Counted from the first letter of the stretch, positions 1 to 10,365 are shown. The stretch: DNA of 51,290 nucleotides from an uncultured Pseudomonadota bacterium (GCA_902771095.1 CACXVH010000002.1:1-51290); one strand, 5' to 3'. The notes: generated from the letters alone by a model not told the origin. A program made the numbers and translations.

Positions 1-1451
1 GCGACTTTTTTATTAGTTGCGGCCACCGCAGCAGCCAATTTTTCCATCGTCATACCTTCTTCAACAGAAAACACACCGTATGCAACTGTCTTGCCATTTA
101 TTTCATGTTCAAATACAGCGACACTTTTTACACCTGGTATTTCAATGAATAACCCTTCTAATTCATCAGGATAAACATTTTTACCAGAATCTAAAACGAT
201 TACTTGTTTTTTACGACCTGCAAAATGTAGTTCGCCATTTTTATCCATAGAAACCAAATCGCCTGTACAGCAACATCCGTCTTTATCGAATGCCTCTTTG
301 TTTGCTTCTTCATTATTTAAATAACCATTTAAAACCTGATTACCGCGAACCCAAAGCATACCGATACCAGATTCATCTTTGTTACGAATTTGACATTCTG
401 TATCGCCCATCGGCGCACCAAAAGCATATGGAACACGTTTTTTCAATGGCTTTGAACAACAGATTGGCCCAACAGTTTCTGTCATACCGTAACCTTGAAC
501 AAAAGCCATCCCCAGTTGAGTATAGAACTTTTCCACTTCTGGCTTTGTCGCAGCGCCACCAGCAACCAAAAGACGCGCACGACCACCAAAAATTGAACGA
601 ATTTGATTTAATACTTTATCAACCAGTTTGCCTAATCCAATCATACGCAAGAACTTTTGATTATTCATAATGAAAGACACCAATCCCCATTTTTTCTTTT
701 GCTTGATACCTTCGATAATTTTTTTGCGGAATATTTCCCACAACTTTGGCACCGCAGGTATAACCTGAGGTTTATATTGCGCAAAATCTGCCATAATTGC
801 ATTAGGATTAATTGTCGATTGCAATAATATTCCCATTCCGAAATGAAGTGGTGCCAAGAATCCAACCGCAAAACCAAACACATGGTAAAGTGGCAAAAAC
901 GCATAGAACATTTCACCTGGCTTTAACCATTGATTCAGATATTCCAAATTATCAGAACACGAAACCAAATTAAAGTGTGTTAATGGCACAATTTTTGGTG
1001 TTCCAGTTGAACCGGATGTAAATGATAATGTGGCAATATCTTTATCTTTTAACGGATAAGTTTTTAATTTTTCATCTGTTTCTTTATCCTTTGTTTGAAT
1101 ATCAAAGAACTTAAATATTTTATTATCATAAAAGAAAGATTTTTCAGCACACACCAATTTACAATTTGTTAAAAGTGTCATATTATTATACTCTGCTGGT
1201 GTTAAATTTGTGTCCAACAGCAACACAGTCCCGCCCAAATACCAAATTGCAAAAAGTGTTATTGGAAATTCCGGTAAATTATGTGAAAGCAGTCCAACAA
1301 CATCACCAGGTTTTACCCCTGCTTTTTTTAAACTTGTTGCACGCGCTTTTATCAATTCAGGCATTTGTTCAAATGTTACATTTTCACGGACCAAAAATAC
1401 GGTCTTTGGATTTCTTTTTACATTTTTTTCGAGTAATTCATACATATTCAT
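1..1451 (-). CDS. Long-chain acyl-CoA synthetase (AMP-binding), paralog 2; 3' end runs off the window
   Basis: Not in the ORF track. Manual translation from ATG 1451 gives MNMYELLEKNVKRNPK..., with SFTSGSTGTPK and QGYGMTET motifs; colinear with 1481..3061 at offset 1610. Confidence 0.9.
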   Translation of the reverse strand, partial: MNMYELLEKNVKRNPKTVFLVRENVTFEQMPELIKARATSLKKAGVKPGDVVGLLSHNLPEFPITLFAIWYLGGTVLLLDTNLTPAEYNNMTLLTNCKLVCAEKSFFYDNKIFKFFDIQTKDKETDEKLKTYPLKDKDIATLSFTSGSTGTPKIVPLTHFNLVSCSDNLEYLNQWLKPGEMFYAFLPLYHVFGFAVGFLAPLHFGMGILLQSTINPNAIMADFAQYKPQVIPAVPKLWEIFRKKIIEGIKQKKKWGLVSFIMNNQKFLRMIGLGKLVDKVLNQIRSIFGGRARLLVAGGAATKPEVEKFYTQLGMAFVQGYGMTETVGPICCSKPLKKRVPYAFGAPMGDTECQIRNKDESGIGMLWVRGNQVLNGYLNNEEANKEAFDKDGCCCTGDLVSMDKNGELHFAGRKKQVIVLDSGKNVYPDELEGLFIEIPGVKSVAVFEHEINGKTVAYGVFSVEEGMTMEKLAAAVAATNKKV

Positions 1452-1480
1452 TTTTATCACCTTTTCTTAACTTTTAATAA

Positions 1481-3061
1481 TTATTCATGTCTGTTCGTAT
1501 ATTTACCGTCTATTAAATTCTGACGAACAATATGATGTTTAACTTTCTGGGTACTGGTCATTGGTAATTCTTCGGTTGTCATCGCAAAGTGTGTCACCCA
1601 TTTGTATGATGCAACTTTCTTATTAGCACTTGCAACTTCTTTTGCCAGTTTTTCCATTGTCATACCTTCTTCAACAGAAAACACACCATAAGATACTGTT
1701 TTACCCTTTACCTTGTGTTCGAACACAGCAACATTTTTGACCCCCGGTATATCCATGAACAGCGCTTCCAGTTCATCAGGATAAACATTTTTACCAGAAT
1801 CTAAAACGATAACTTGTTTTTTACGACCAGCAAAATGGTATTGATTATTTTTATCCAAATATACCAAATCGCCCGTATTAAACCAGCCGTCTTTATCAAA
1901 CAGTTCTTTGTTCGCCACATCATTATTCAAATAACCATGGAATATATTTGGACCACGAACCCATAACGTGCCAATACCTTTGTCATTGACATCCCTGATT
2001 GTACATTCAGAACATCCAATAGGTGTTCCAAACGCAAACGGAACGCGATGTTTCACAGGTCTTGAACAACAAAATGGCCCAACAGTTTCTGTTAAACCAT
2101 AGCCCTGAATAAAAGCCACCCCAAGTGATTCATAGAAACTTTCCACCTCTGGCTTAGTTGCTGCACCGCCCGCAATCATTAAACTGACACGACCACCAAA
2201 GATATCCAGTATTGGTTTTTGCACACGACGCACCAACCAACCAAAACCGATTTTTTTCAAAGTTTTTTGATGTTTTAATACAAACGATGCAAACCACCAC
2301 ATATGTTTCGCCTTAATCCCTTCGATTATTTTGTTACGAAAAACCTCCCAAAGACGGGGAACCGCAGGGATACAGTGCGGTTTATAGGTTTTAAAATCAT
2401 CCAAAATATTTTTTGGGTTTATTGTCGGCTGTAATAAAATTCCCATATGAAAATGCATAGGTGCCAAAATACCCGCTGCAAAACCGAAGACATGGTAAAG
2501 TGGTAAAAAGCCATACATTATTTCATTTTTGTGAATCCATTGCCCCATTTCTGCATAGCAATCAGACGATGTCTTTAAATTACCATGGGTTAACGGAACA
2601 ACCTTTGGGTTACCAGTCGAACCAGATGTGAACGACATCGTTGCGATATCATCACTTGACATTTTTGCCGGTTTTATCTTTGCATCTGCTTTACCATCTT
2701 TGGTTTCTATATCAAAGAATTTAAAATTCTTGGTTTCATAGAAGAAAGATTTTTCGGCACATACAAACTTGCACCCAACTGTCTTGGTCATATTATCGTA
2801 TTCAAACGGTGTCAAATTCGTGTCCAATAACAACACAGTCCCGCCCAAATACCAAATTGCGAAAAGAGTCACAGGAAATTCTGGAATATTATGCGCCAAT
2901 AGCCCAACAACATCGCCAGCCCTAACACCGGCATTATACAAAGTAGTCGCACGTTTATGTATTAAATTCAGAACTTCTTTGAATGTGATTTTTTCGCGTA
3001 CCAAATACAAAGCATTTGGCGATTCTTGCGCCACCTGCTCTAAAAAATGATACATGTTCAT
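1481..3061 (-). CDS. Long-chain acyl-CoA synthetase (AMP-binding), paralog 1
   Basis: SFTSGSTGNPK, QGYGLTET, GWFNTGD, GRKK..SGKNVYP motifs. Confidence 0.92.
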   Translation of the reverse strand: MNMYHFLEQVAQESPNALYLVREKITFKEVLNLIHKRATTLYNAGVRAGDVVGLLAHNIPEFPVTLFAIWYLGGTVLLLDTNLTPFEYDNMTKTVGCKFVCAEKSFFYETKNFKFFDIETKDGKADAKIKPAKMSSDDIATMSFTSGSTGNPKVVPLTHGNLKTSSDCYAEMGQWIHKNEIMYGFLPLYHVFGFAAGILAPMHFHMGILLQPTINPKNILDDFKTYKPHCIPAVPRLWEVFRNKIIEGIKAKHMWWFASFVLKHQKTLKKIGFGWLVRRVQKPILDIFGGRVSLMIAGGAATKPEVESFYESLGVAFIQGYGLTETVGPFCCSRPVKHRVPFAFGTPIGCSECTIRDVNDKGIGTLWVRGPNIFHGYLNNDVANKELFDKDGWFNTGDLVYLDKNNQYHFAGRKKQVIVLDSGKNVYPDELEALFMDIPGVKNVAVFEHKVKGKTVSYGVFSVEEGMTMEKLAKEVASANKKVASYKWVTHFAMTTEELPMTSTQKVKHHIVRQNLIDGKYTNRHE

Positions 3062-3131
3062 AACATAAAATCCTTGTTGTTTTTATATTGGACGTGGTAT
3101 ATTATAATATTATTAAATAAAGATTGCAATT

Positions 3132-3905
3132 ATGAAAATACTAACATTAAACATTAACTCTATACGCGCCCATATCGAAAGTTTTATGGAAATTTTGCGC
3201 AAAAATGAATACGACACTATTTTAATCCAAGAATTAAAGGTTGAAACCGCCAATTTTCCGTATAATTTATTGGACGAATACGGATATAATATAAAGGTTT
3301 TTGGGCAAAAATCGTGGAACGGGGTCGCTACTTTTTCAAAATTTTCTATTGAAGACACTATTCTTGGTATGCCGTCTTACCCAGATACAAATGCCCGTTT
3401 TTTGGAATGTGTGGTTAACGGACATATTCGTATTATAAATGTGTATATGCCAAACGGTGATTGTATTGAATCGCCAAAGTTCCCTTATAAATTGGATTGG
3501 ATGAATTCATTTACAAAATACATTTCTCAATACCTTGACAGTGAAGAACCTGTTATAATCGGTGGCGATTTTAATGTAGCAATTCGCGACAAAGATGTAT
3601 GGAATCCAAAAAATTATGTTGGCTCATCAATTTCTGCCCCAGCGGCACGCGAAATCATGCAACAATGGTTGAATGCTGGTTGGACAGACGCGTGGCGAAC
3701 ACTGCACCCAAACGATACCGGATACACATGGTACGGCTATCGCGGACGTGATACGGTTGGAAATAAACAGGGATTGCGTCTTGATTACTTTCTTTGCAAT
3801 AAGACAGCAGTCAAAACGGTTAAAAATTGTGAAATCGATATGCAACCAAGATTAGCCCCAAAACCATCAGACCATTGTGGATTGGTGTTGGAATTAAAAG
3901 ATTAA
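3132..3905 (+). CDS. xth: Exodeoxyribonuclease III
   Basis: NINSIR, IQELK, NVYMPNG, GGDFN, LRLDY, PSDH motifs. Confidence 0.95.
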   Translation: MKILTLNINSIRAHIESFMEILRKNEYDTILIQELKVETANFPYNLLDEYGYNIKVFGQKSWNGVATFSKFSIEDTILGMPSYPDTNARFLECVVNGHIRIINVYMPNGDCIESPKFPYKLDWMNSFTKYISQYLDSEEPVIIGGDFNVAIRDKDVWNPKNYVGSSISAPAAREIMQQWLNAGWTDAWRTLHPNDTGYTWYGYRGRDTVGNKQGLRLDYFLCNKTAVKTVKNCEIDMQPRLAPKPSDHCGLVLELKD

Positions 3906-6385
3906 TCCCCTACCCGTGCCAGATCATCGTATTCATGATATTTTGCACCAACTGCTTCGCGATATTCGTATTCTGCAACTTTATCAGTGCTGTATTGTCC
4001 AAATAATTCACGCACCTTTTGCACAGTATTATCAATCATCATTTGCGCCGTATCATCCGTATATTCAATCAAATCTAAATCGCCATTTTTTAATTGTAAA
4101 AATTGCAAAACTGGGACAACAGATACATTTTTCATTTTTATTGGAAAGCCACCATTTTGCATCATATACCCTTCCAACGCAATTTGTGGCATAGTGCCAT
4201 CCATCAACTGTTTTTTTGTTGGCGCCGCCCCTGTCTTTATATCCATAACCACACCGTCCCAGATTATATCTGCACGCGCGCGAACATTGCGTCCCACAAT
4301 ATTGGTTGACCCAGCAATTTCAATATACTGTGGTTTTTTATCTTTGAATTTTTCTTCCACAAACGCGGCAATTTCGCAAAATCTTTTGTGCCAGAAATAA
4401 AACAAAATTGAATCTGGTGGCAAAACCATTTTTGCCCGTTTATCCATTTCTGCAATCAATTTTGATGCGTCAAAATCTTTTGCGCTTTCAATTACATCAT
4501 GAACCAGATTTCCAAAATTTCGTGCATCTGGCAAAACCCAATAATCGTCTTTTGGTCTAAGGCGTAAAATATGTTTCACATAAAAAGCATATGGATTATG
4601 TATCAATAATTCAATTTCTGTGACATAAATATCACTTTTATCAATCGGTGGTGTTGGCGCACTGTAATCAAGCGGCTTATATTCTACATTATCCCTTTCA
4701 CGCACAGATTGTAAAATATCGTCTGCCGTTTTAATATCGCCAATCGCAACGCGCACACGCGATAAAAACCGCGATTCTGTATTCAATGCCCCCCCAGATT
4801 GTTTCGAACGCAACCAATAAACCATTGACCCACACGAAAGTATCATAAAGTCCAATGCCTGTAAAGCAACCTTGCGATTTGGGGACGGTAATCCGATTTT
4901 TTGTGAAATATTTTTGGGCAACCAAGAATTTTCATAACCAATGCTTGGGAACATACCTTCGTTAAGTCCGGTTAAAATTACAACATCCGCAGTTTGCATA
5001 CGCGATTCAATTGTTCCAATCACACACACACGACAATCTTCTGTTTTTATCGGTCGCACAGAAACACTTCCGATTGCGTCATTAACAAAAGAACGCGCAT
5101 CAAAAACATTTAATACAATATCATTTGCACATAAAATATCTGATGTTTCTTTTATCGCTTTCCAAATTGGAATATCATTTTCATTTTCCACTTCAAAATT
5201 TGGTTGAAAATTATAATTATTATTTTCATCTATAAAATTTACCAACATGTCAAATAAATTATGATTATTTTTCGCATATAATCTTTCAAATCCATCTTTG
5301 TTATTTTCAATCCAATTATCAAATAAATTTAATATTGCGCGACCAACATCTGTCATTGTTCCAGGGGTTCCTGATGAAAAATCAGCATCTATACCAACAC
5401 GCATCATTTCTGATTTTATTCTTTGATTTGCCGCCGCGTCGGGTGTAATTACCAAAACAGATTTATTTTGTTTTATTGCGCGTTCCGCGATTTCTGCGAC
5501 ACATCTTGCCTCTTCACTTTCGCGTAAACACTCAATCAATTTACAATTTTGTAATTTATTATTTATGTGTTGACCGCTGTTTCCAAAAGCAATATTCATA
5601 ATATCAAAGCATTCATTTTTCCCGACATCAATGGTTTGAACCTCTATCCAATTCAACCCGATTTTTTGTAAAAATTTATATTCGTTATTATACGGGTTTG
5701 TATCCAAACAAAAATCTTCATCCGCCCCAGATATTCTTCCAGATAATATAATTTTCCCGTTTGGTCTTTTTGCAATATTTTCCATCAATGTAGCCGTTGC
5801 AGGAACAGAAGCAGTTGACCCACATACAATCACACAATCATATTCATCCAAATGATTTATCCAAGACAAAATATCAGCATTTCTTTTTTGTGTTGTTGTT
5901 AATCTGTCATTTGGTAATTGTTTTAATATATCAAGTATTCGCGCCTTGTTTTGAAAATGGGCGGCATATTTACCATCTATGATTTCAGACCAATTAATAT
6001 CATTTATATCAACGCCTTCGTTTTCCAAATAATCTTGCATACGAATAAAATCGTGCGCCAAAGGAAGCGCAGTTGCAATATTTTTCACATTTGCATCCAT
6101 TGATAAAAGTTTTGATAAAACAATAACGCGTTCTGTATTTGAAATTGCATCTTGATATTCTTGTGTTTCTTCTTCTGCGCCATCACCCAACGGAATTAAG
6201 TTCGGCAATATAACCGCATGCCCTATTTTATCAACAATCATTTTTTCCGCACTTCGTATCGCGCGCCGCGAAGGTAAAAAAATCAAAACACGTGAAAAAT
6301 CATTTTTATATTTTTCAATTTCGCCCCATAACGCGTCCAGCATTTTACAAGGATTAGAAACATTAAAAATATTTTTATTTAACAC
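3902..6385 (-). CDS. addB: Double-strand break repair protein AddB (C-terminal PD-(D/E)xK nuclease)
   Basis: IFLPSRRA, LTGLNEG, ESRFL, NPYAFY..HILRL, ARAD..DIKTG motifs. Confidence 0.85.
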   Translation of the reverse strand: MLNKNIFNVSNPCKMLDALWGEIEKYKNDFSRVLIFLPSRRAIRSAEKMIVDKIGHAVILPNLIPLGDGAEEETQEYQDAISNTERVIVLSKLLSMDANVKNIATALPLAHDFIRMQDYLENEGVDINDINWSEIIDGKYAAHFQNKARILDILKQLPNDRLTTTQKRNADILSWINHLDEYDCVIVCGSTASVPATATLMENIAKRPNGKIILSGRISGADEDFCLDTNPYNNEYKFLQKIGLNWIEVQTIDVGKNECFDIMNIAFGNSGQHINNKLQNCKLIECLRESEEARCVAEIAERAIKQNKSVLVITPDAAANQRIKSEMMRVGIDADFSSGTPGTMTDVGRAILNLFDNWIENNKDGFERLYAKNNHNLFDMLVNFIDENNNYNFQPNFEVENENDIPIWKAIKETSDILCANDIVLNVFDARSFVNDAIGSVSVRPIKTEDCRVCVIGTIESRMQTADVVILTGLNEGMFPSIGYENSWLPKNISQKIGLPSPNRKVALQALDFMILSCGSMVYWLRSKQSGGALNTESRFLSRVRVAIGDIKTADDILQSVRERDNVEYKPLDYSAPTPPIDKSDIYVTEIELLIHNPYAFYVKHILRLRPKDDYWVLPDARNFGNLVHDVIESAKDFDASKLIAEMDKRAKMVLPPDSILFYFWHKRFCEIAAFVEEKFKDKKPQYIEIAGSTNIVGRNVRARADIIWDGVVMDIKTGAAPTKKQLMDGTMPQIALEGYMMQNGGFPIKMKNVSVVPVLQFLQLKNGDLDLIEYTDDTAQMMIDNTVQKVRELFGQYSTDKVAEYEYREAVGAKYHEYDDLARVGD

Positions 6386-6929
6386 CGATAATATCCCTTA
6401 ATTCATCCAGCCCGATTTTCTTTTCAGCAGATGTTTCCAATATTTTTTCAACCATCGCAGGATGATTTTTGTGTTCAATTTTTAATTGTTCTTTTTCACG
6501 AATGCGTTTATCTTTTTTTGTATAAACAATTTGATAACAGATTCCATTTTCATCGCAAAAATTCATTAAATCTATATCAGAATCTTTGACACCAACCCTT
6601 GAATCTATCAATATAAATAACCGTCTTAGTTGCGAACGATTTAATAAATATTCTTCCAGCCGTTGAAGCCAGCGCATTGCTTCTACCTTGGACACACGTG
6701 CATATCCGTAACCCGGCAAATCAACAATCATTGATTTATCGCGTATATTAAAAAGATTTAAACTTTGTGTCCGACCCGGTGTATTCGAAGTCCGCGCAAT
6801 CTTTTCATTTACAATCGCATTTATCAGCGAAGATTTGCCAACATTACTACGCCCGACAAAAGCATATTCGGCAAATTGCGTATTCGGCAAAGATTTAACA
6901 TTTTCAAAAGAACCAACGAATTTTATCAT
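6375..6929 (-). CDS. engB: Ribosome biogenesis GTPase YihA/EngB
   Basis: GRSNVGKSS, DLPGYG, TKKD motifs. Confidence 0.95.
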   Translation of the reverse strand: MIKFVGSFENVKSLPNTQFAEYAFVGRSNVGKSSLINAIVNEKIARTSNTPGRTQSLNLFNIRDKSMIVDLPGYGYARVSKVEAMRWLQRLEEYLLNRSQLRRLFILIDSRVGVKDSDIDLMNFCDENGICYQIVYTKKDKRIREKEQLKIEHKNHPAMVEKILETSAEKKIGLDELRDIIGVK

Positions 6930-7714
6930 GATTTTTTCACCAACTTTTTATATGCTTCCTTTTTTGAAATCCCAGCCCGCGCTGCAACCAAAGCCGCCGC
7001 AGATTTTGTAGACCCAGAAATAACATCATTTACAATTTCACTTATTTCCGCATCACTCATTTTTTTATCAGGTGCAGGCGCAACAACGATAACTATCTCG
7101 CCACGTGGTGGTTCGATATTTACTAATTCAGCCGGATAACCAATAATAGTTTCTTCATGAATTTTTGTAATTTCACGAACAACGGCTATTTTGCGTTCTG
7201 GCATAACAGATGCCAAAGTTTTAATTGTATTCATAATACGATTCGGACTTTCATAATAAATTATGGTATGACGAATTTTGTTATCATCACGCACTTTCTT
7301 TTCATCAAAAAAACCACAGAAAGTAAATCTGTCTGTTGGAAAACCAGATAACACCAGCGCAGATATAACAGCAGTTGGTCCCGGCACAACAAACACATCA
7401 ACACCTGCTGCACGCGCGGCACGCACAATACGAAATCCCGGGTCACTTATTCCCGGCATACCTGCATCAGAAACCGCTGCAATCGCATAACCATTTTGAA
7501 TTTTTTCAATCAAAGAATCAATAACTTCGCGTTCATTATGTTCATGACACGACACAGTTTTTGTTTTTATATTAAAATGATGTGCCAATTTTCCAAAAAC
7601 GCGTGTGTCTTCTGCCGCTATCAAGTCAACATTTTGTAAAATTTCGATGGCTCTGGGCGACAAATCAGCCAAATTTCCAATTGGTGTTCCAATAATGTAA
7701 AGTCCTGATTGCAT
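6926..7714 (-). CDS. rsmI: 16S rRNA C1402 2'-O-methyltransferase
   Basis: TPIGNL, AEDTR, SDAGMPGISDPG, YESP, REITKIHE; start moved to MQSGLY after AAGGA. Confidence 0.95.
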   Translation of the reverse strand: MQSGLYIIGTPIGNLADLSPRAIEILQNVDLIAAEDTRVFGKLAHHFNIKTKTVSCHEHNEREVIDSLIEKIQNGYAIAAVSDAGMPGISDPGFRIVRAARAAGVDVFVVPGPTAVISALVLSGFPTDRFTFCGFFDEKKVRDDNKIRHTIIYYESPNRIMNTIKTLASVMPERKIAVVREITKIHEETIIGYPAELVNIEPPRGEIVIVVAPAPDKKMSDAEISEIVNDVISGSTKSAAALVAARAGISKKEAYKKLVKKS

Positions 7715-7767
7715 TTTAAATCCTTTTGCATTAGAATGATAGCATACAAGAAGTAGGATTTTCAATA

Positions 7768-9372
7768 ATGATGAATAAATTTTTAATTTGTTTGGGGCTT
7801 TTACTGGCTGGTTGCTCTGGCAATCGTGCTATGAAAACTGCGGAAATTGGAACATCTGCACCGACAGATATCCAATCTAGTTATTTGTATTCAACATCTA
7901 TGTATGGGACAGATAGTGCTGGGCCATATGCGAATGTTGCGGTTCTTTTACCGATGACTGGCGATGCAAAGGTTGCTGGCAACGACATAAAAACATCTAT
8001 TGAAACCGCCTTTTTACGCAAAACAAAACAAAATATCAAGGTATCTTTCTTTGATTTGCCGAACAACAAAGCAAACAGATACGATGCGATTCGCAACGCG
8101 CTTAGCACAAACCCAGATGTTATAATCGGGCCATTATTTGCCGAAGATGCGGAAAATTTGCGCGATATGAAATCATCAAATATACCAGTTATATCTTTTA
8201 CATCTGATGTCAATGCATTGGGTGACAATGTAATAACAACAAATTTAATACCAACACAAAGCATTGAAACAATTGTCCGCCAAATGCAAAAAGATGGCGC
8301 AAGAAATATGCTTGTTCTGGCACCAGATGATAATTCGGGTAAGCAAATGGCGGCGGTCGCAGAACGCGTGTCATCTGCGTATAATATGCCAATTAACGGA
8401 TTATTCTATTATCTGCCAAACAATTCGTATTCTATCAAAGATGCTGCCCAGCGGGCATCTATGTATAACGCACGCAATGCCGCAAACACCCGCGCAAGAG
8501 AGGTTTTATCAGACATACTTGCCAAAGAATCTTTATCTTCTGCTGACAAACACAATTTGCGTGTTCAACTGGAAAAAATATCAAGAACAGAAACACTTGG
8601 TCAATTACCGTATGATGCAATATTATTTCTTGGGAACGGCGAAGATTCCAAAACACTGGCGTCATTCTTGCGCTATTATGGGGTAAGTAATAAAGATGCT
8701 GGTTTTTACGGAACAACACTTTGGCACGGTTCAGATATCGCATCTGATTTTACAATGAGCGGCGCAAAGTATGCCACCTTGCCAGAAATTTCAGGCAATT
8801 TCATAAATCTTTATAATATGATGGGGGGCAAAGACCCTGACTATTTGGCTGCTTTTGGATACGATGCGGCAAACCTTGCTTTGGGCATGTTATATTCTGG
8901 AAAAAATCAATCGGCATATCTTTATGATCCAAATGGATATCTGGGGACAACTGGCGCTTTCCGCCTTCAACCATCTGGCGAATCAGAACGCGCATTGCGT
9001 ATAATGGAATTAAATGGTTCGGGCAGCCCAATCACATTTGCGGATGCACCTGCTAATTTCTTAACACCGCTTTATAACATCAGAACAACAAATTTGCGCA
9101 ATGTTTCTGAACGCGAATTGGCAACCCCAGGTATAAATCCTGGTGATTACATCAGCATACCCGATGATTTACGCAGAAAATCTGAATACAAAACCAAGAC
9201 AATCGGTGCAAACTATACATCTGATATGGATACAGTCACGCAAACATATGCGCCGATAAAAATCTATGAAACGGCGGAAAAAACAGAAACCATATCTAAC
9301 CCAGAATATGAAACGGCAAAACCAGAAACAATTTCCCGTTCATATATTGATGTGGTAGAGGTTGAAGAATAA
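7768..9372 (+). CDS. Penicillin-binding protein activator-like (LpoA/LppC-type) lipoprotein
   Basis: Lipobox LAGC, VAVLLPMTG, IIGPLF, AAFGYDA; divergent from rsmI as commonly seen. Confidence 0.75.
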   Translation: MMNKFLICLGLLLAGCSGNRAMKTAEIGTSAPTDIQSSYLYSTSMYGTDSAGPYANVAVLLPMTGDAKVAGNDIKTSIETAFLRKTKQNIKVSFFDLPNNKANRYDAIRNALSTNPDVIIGPLFAEDAENLRDMKSSNIPVISFTSDVNALGDNVITTNLIPTQSIETIVRQMQKDGARNMLVLAPDDNSGKQMAAVAERVSSAYNMPINGLFYYLPNNSYSIKDAAQRASMYNARNAANTRAREVLSDILAKESLSSADKHNLRVQLEKISRTETLGQLPYDAILFLGNGEDSKTLASFLRYYGVSNKDAGFYGTTLWHGSDIASDFTMSGAKYATLPEISGNFINLYNMMGGKDPDYLAAFGYDAANLALGMLYSGKNQSAYLYDPNGYLGTTGAFRLQPSGESERALRIMELNGSGSPITFADAPANFLTPLYNIRTTNLRNVSERELATPGINPGDYISIPDDLRRKSEYKTKTIGANYTSDMDTVTQTYAPIKIYETAEKTETISNPEYETAKPETISRSYIDVVEVEE

Positions 9373-9376
9373 ACAC

Positions 9377-9404
9377 TTGCGTTTATAAAAAAATACGATA
9401 TAAT
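9377..9404 (+). promoter_or_regulatory. Sigma70-type promoter for tRNA-Gly/Tyr
   Basis: TTGCGT-16-TATAAT. Confidence 0.6.
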
Positions 9405-9424
9405 CGTATGGCTTTGAATTTATA

Positions 9425-9499
9425 GCGAGCATAGTTCAAAGGCTAGAATGCAAGCCTTCCAAGCTTGAAATGAGGGTTCGATTCCCTCTGCTCGCACCA
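9425..9499 (+). tRNA. tRNA-Gly(TCC)
   Basis: Cloverleaf GCGAGCA/TGCTCGC, anticodon arm CAAGC-CTTCCAA-GCTTG, TTCGATT T-loop, encoded CCA. Confidence 0.95.
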
Positions 9500-9599
9500 C
9501 GAAATTTCGTTATCGCGCGCAGTGCGCACGATTAAGAAATTTCAGTGTCCCACGAAGTTTTAACGAAGTGGGACCCCAAAAAGAAATATAAAAAGTTCA

Positions 9600-9685
9600 G
9601 GGCGCGCGCCGGAGTCGGAGAGCCGGGGCAGACTGTAAATCTGTTGTCTTTGACTGAGGTGGTTCGACTCCACCCGCTCCCACCA
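9600..9685 (+). tRNA. tRNA-Tyr(GTA)
   Basis: GCAGA-CTGTAAA-TCTGT anticodon arm, variable arm, GGTGG-TTCGACT-CCACC, ACCA end; C4:U69 mismatch and C8. Confidence 0.9.
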
Positions 9686-9692
9686 AAAACAC

Positions 9693-9724
9693 AAACCGAC
9701 CAAGTATGGTCGGTTTTTGTTTTT
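9693..9724 (+). terminator. Intrinsic terminator after tRNA-Tyr
   Basis: AAACCGACCA-AGTA-TGGTCGGTTT followed by T-rich run. Confidence 0.75.
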
Positions 9725-9753
9725 GCCGGTCGCGGTTTGGTAAGAATCCCTTT

Positions 9754-9844
9754 GGTTCGAAAACAAGTAGATTTCACAAGTGGCAACATAGTGAAATCGT
9801 TACGATTGCCGCGCAGCCGACACAAAAGTGTCGAGCGAGCGACT
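9754..9844 (+). repeat. T-loop-split tRNA-tail element, subtype 1, copy A
   Basis: GGTTCGA + core similar to 29554-29623 + CGACT. Confidence 0.75.
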
Positions 9845-9960
9845 ACACAGATACACAATTAGAAAAATCATAAAAATGGAGTTTTTGTTCCCACGAATTT
9901 TTATAGATTTTTATTATTGTGTATCGAGGTCTCACCCGCATTCCAGAGAATTATTAGAAA

Positions 9961-10353
9961 TTACTTTTTATTCCCTTTGCACCATTTTGTGCATCGTTTA
10001 TCACAAACTTTATTTGCATAGGATTTTGATTCTGCTTCACTAATTTCCACAGTTTCCGTTTTTTCAGTATATTTATATTCCACACCATCAACACGTTCAA
10101 CATTATTCACAGTTTTTTTATCTGTTGTTTCAAATGAAAACTCTTCATTTGACGGTCCAAAATCTGGCAAATCTGATTCTTTGTTTTCAAAACATCCGCA
10201 TATATATTTGATAGTTGTTTTTGTTTCTATAACTTTTCCATTTTGTTCAGTTGTTGTTGTGCTACTTGTATTGAGCACACACTTTCCAACAATGGTATTA
10301 TCATCACAAGCACTTAACCCGAAACACAACATTAACAAACAAATTTTTTTCAT
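9961..10353 (-). CDS. Hypothetical Cys-rich lipoprotein
   Basis: 130 aa ORF, lipobox LSAC. Confidence 0.75.
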   Translation of the reverse strand: MKKICLLMLCFGLSACDDNTIVGKCVLNTSSTTTTEQNGKVIETKTTIKYICGCFENKESDLPDFGPSNEEFSFETTDKKTVNNVERVDGVEYKYTEKTETVEISEAESKSYANKVCDKRCTKWCKGNKK

Positions 10354-10365
10354 TTTAAAAACCTT

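Noticed and set aside
290-1477. Short ORFs at the window start suggesting a pseudogene
   Set aside because: They are shadows of the acyl-CoA ligase on the minus strand that runs off the edge
9497-9576. Hairpins in the tRNA-Gly/Tyr spacer as another T-loop element
   Set aside because: No duplicated T-arm or shared core; probably processing/spacer structure
9532-9862. ORFs 9532..9858, 9545..9862, 9560..9766
   Set aside because: Overlap tRNA-Tyr and GC-rich repeats; shadow ORFs
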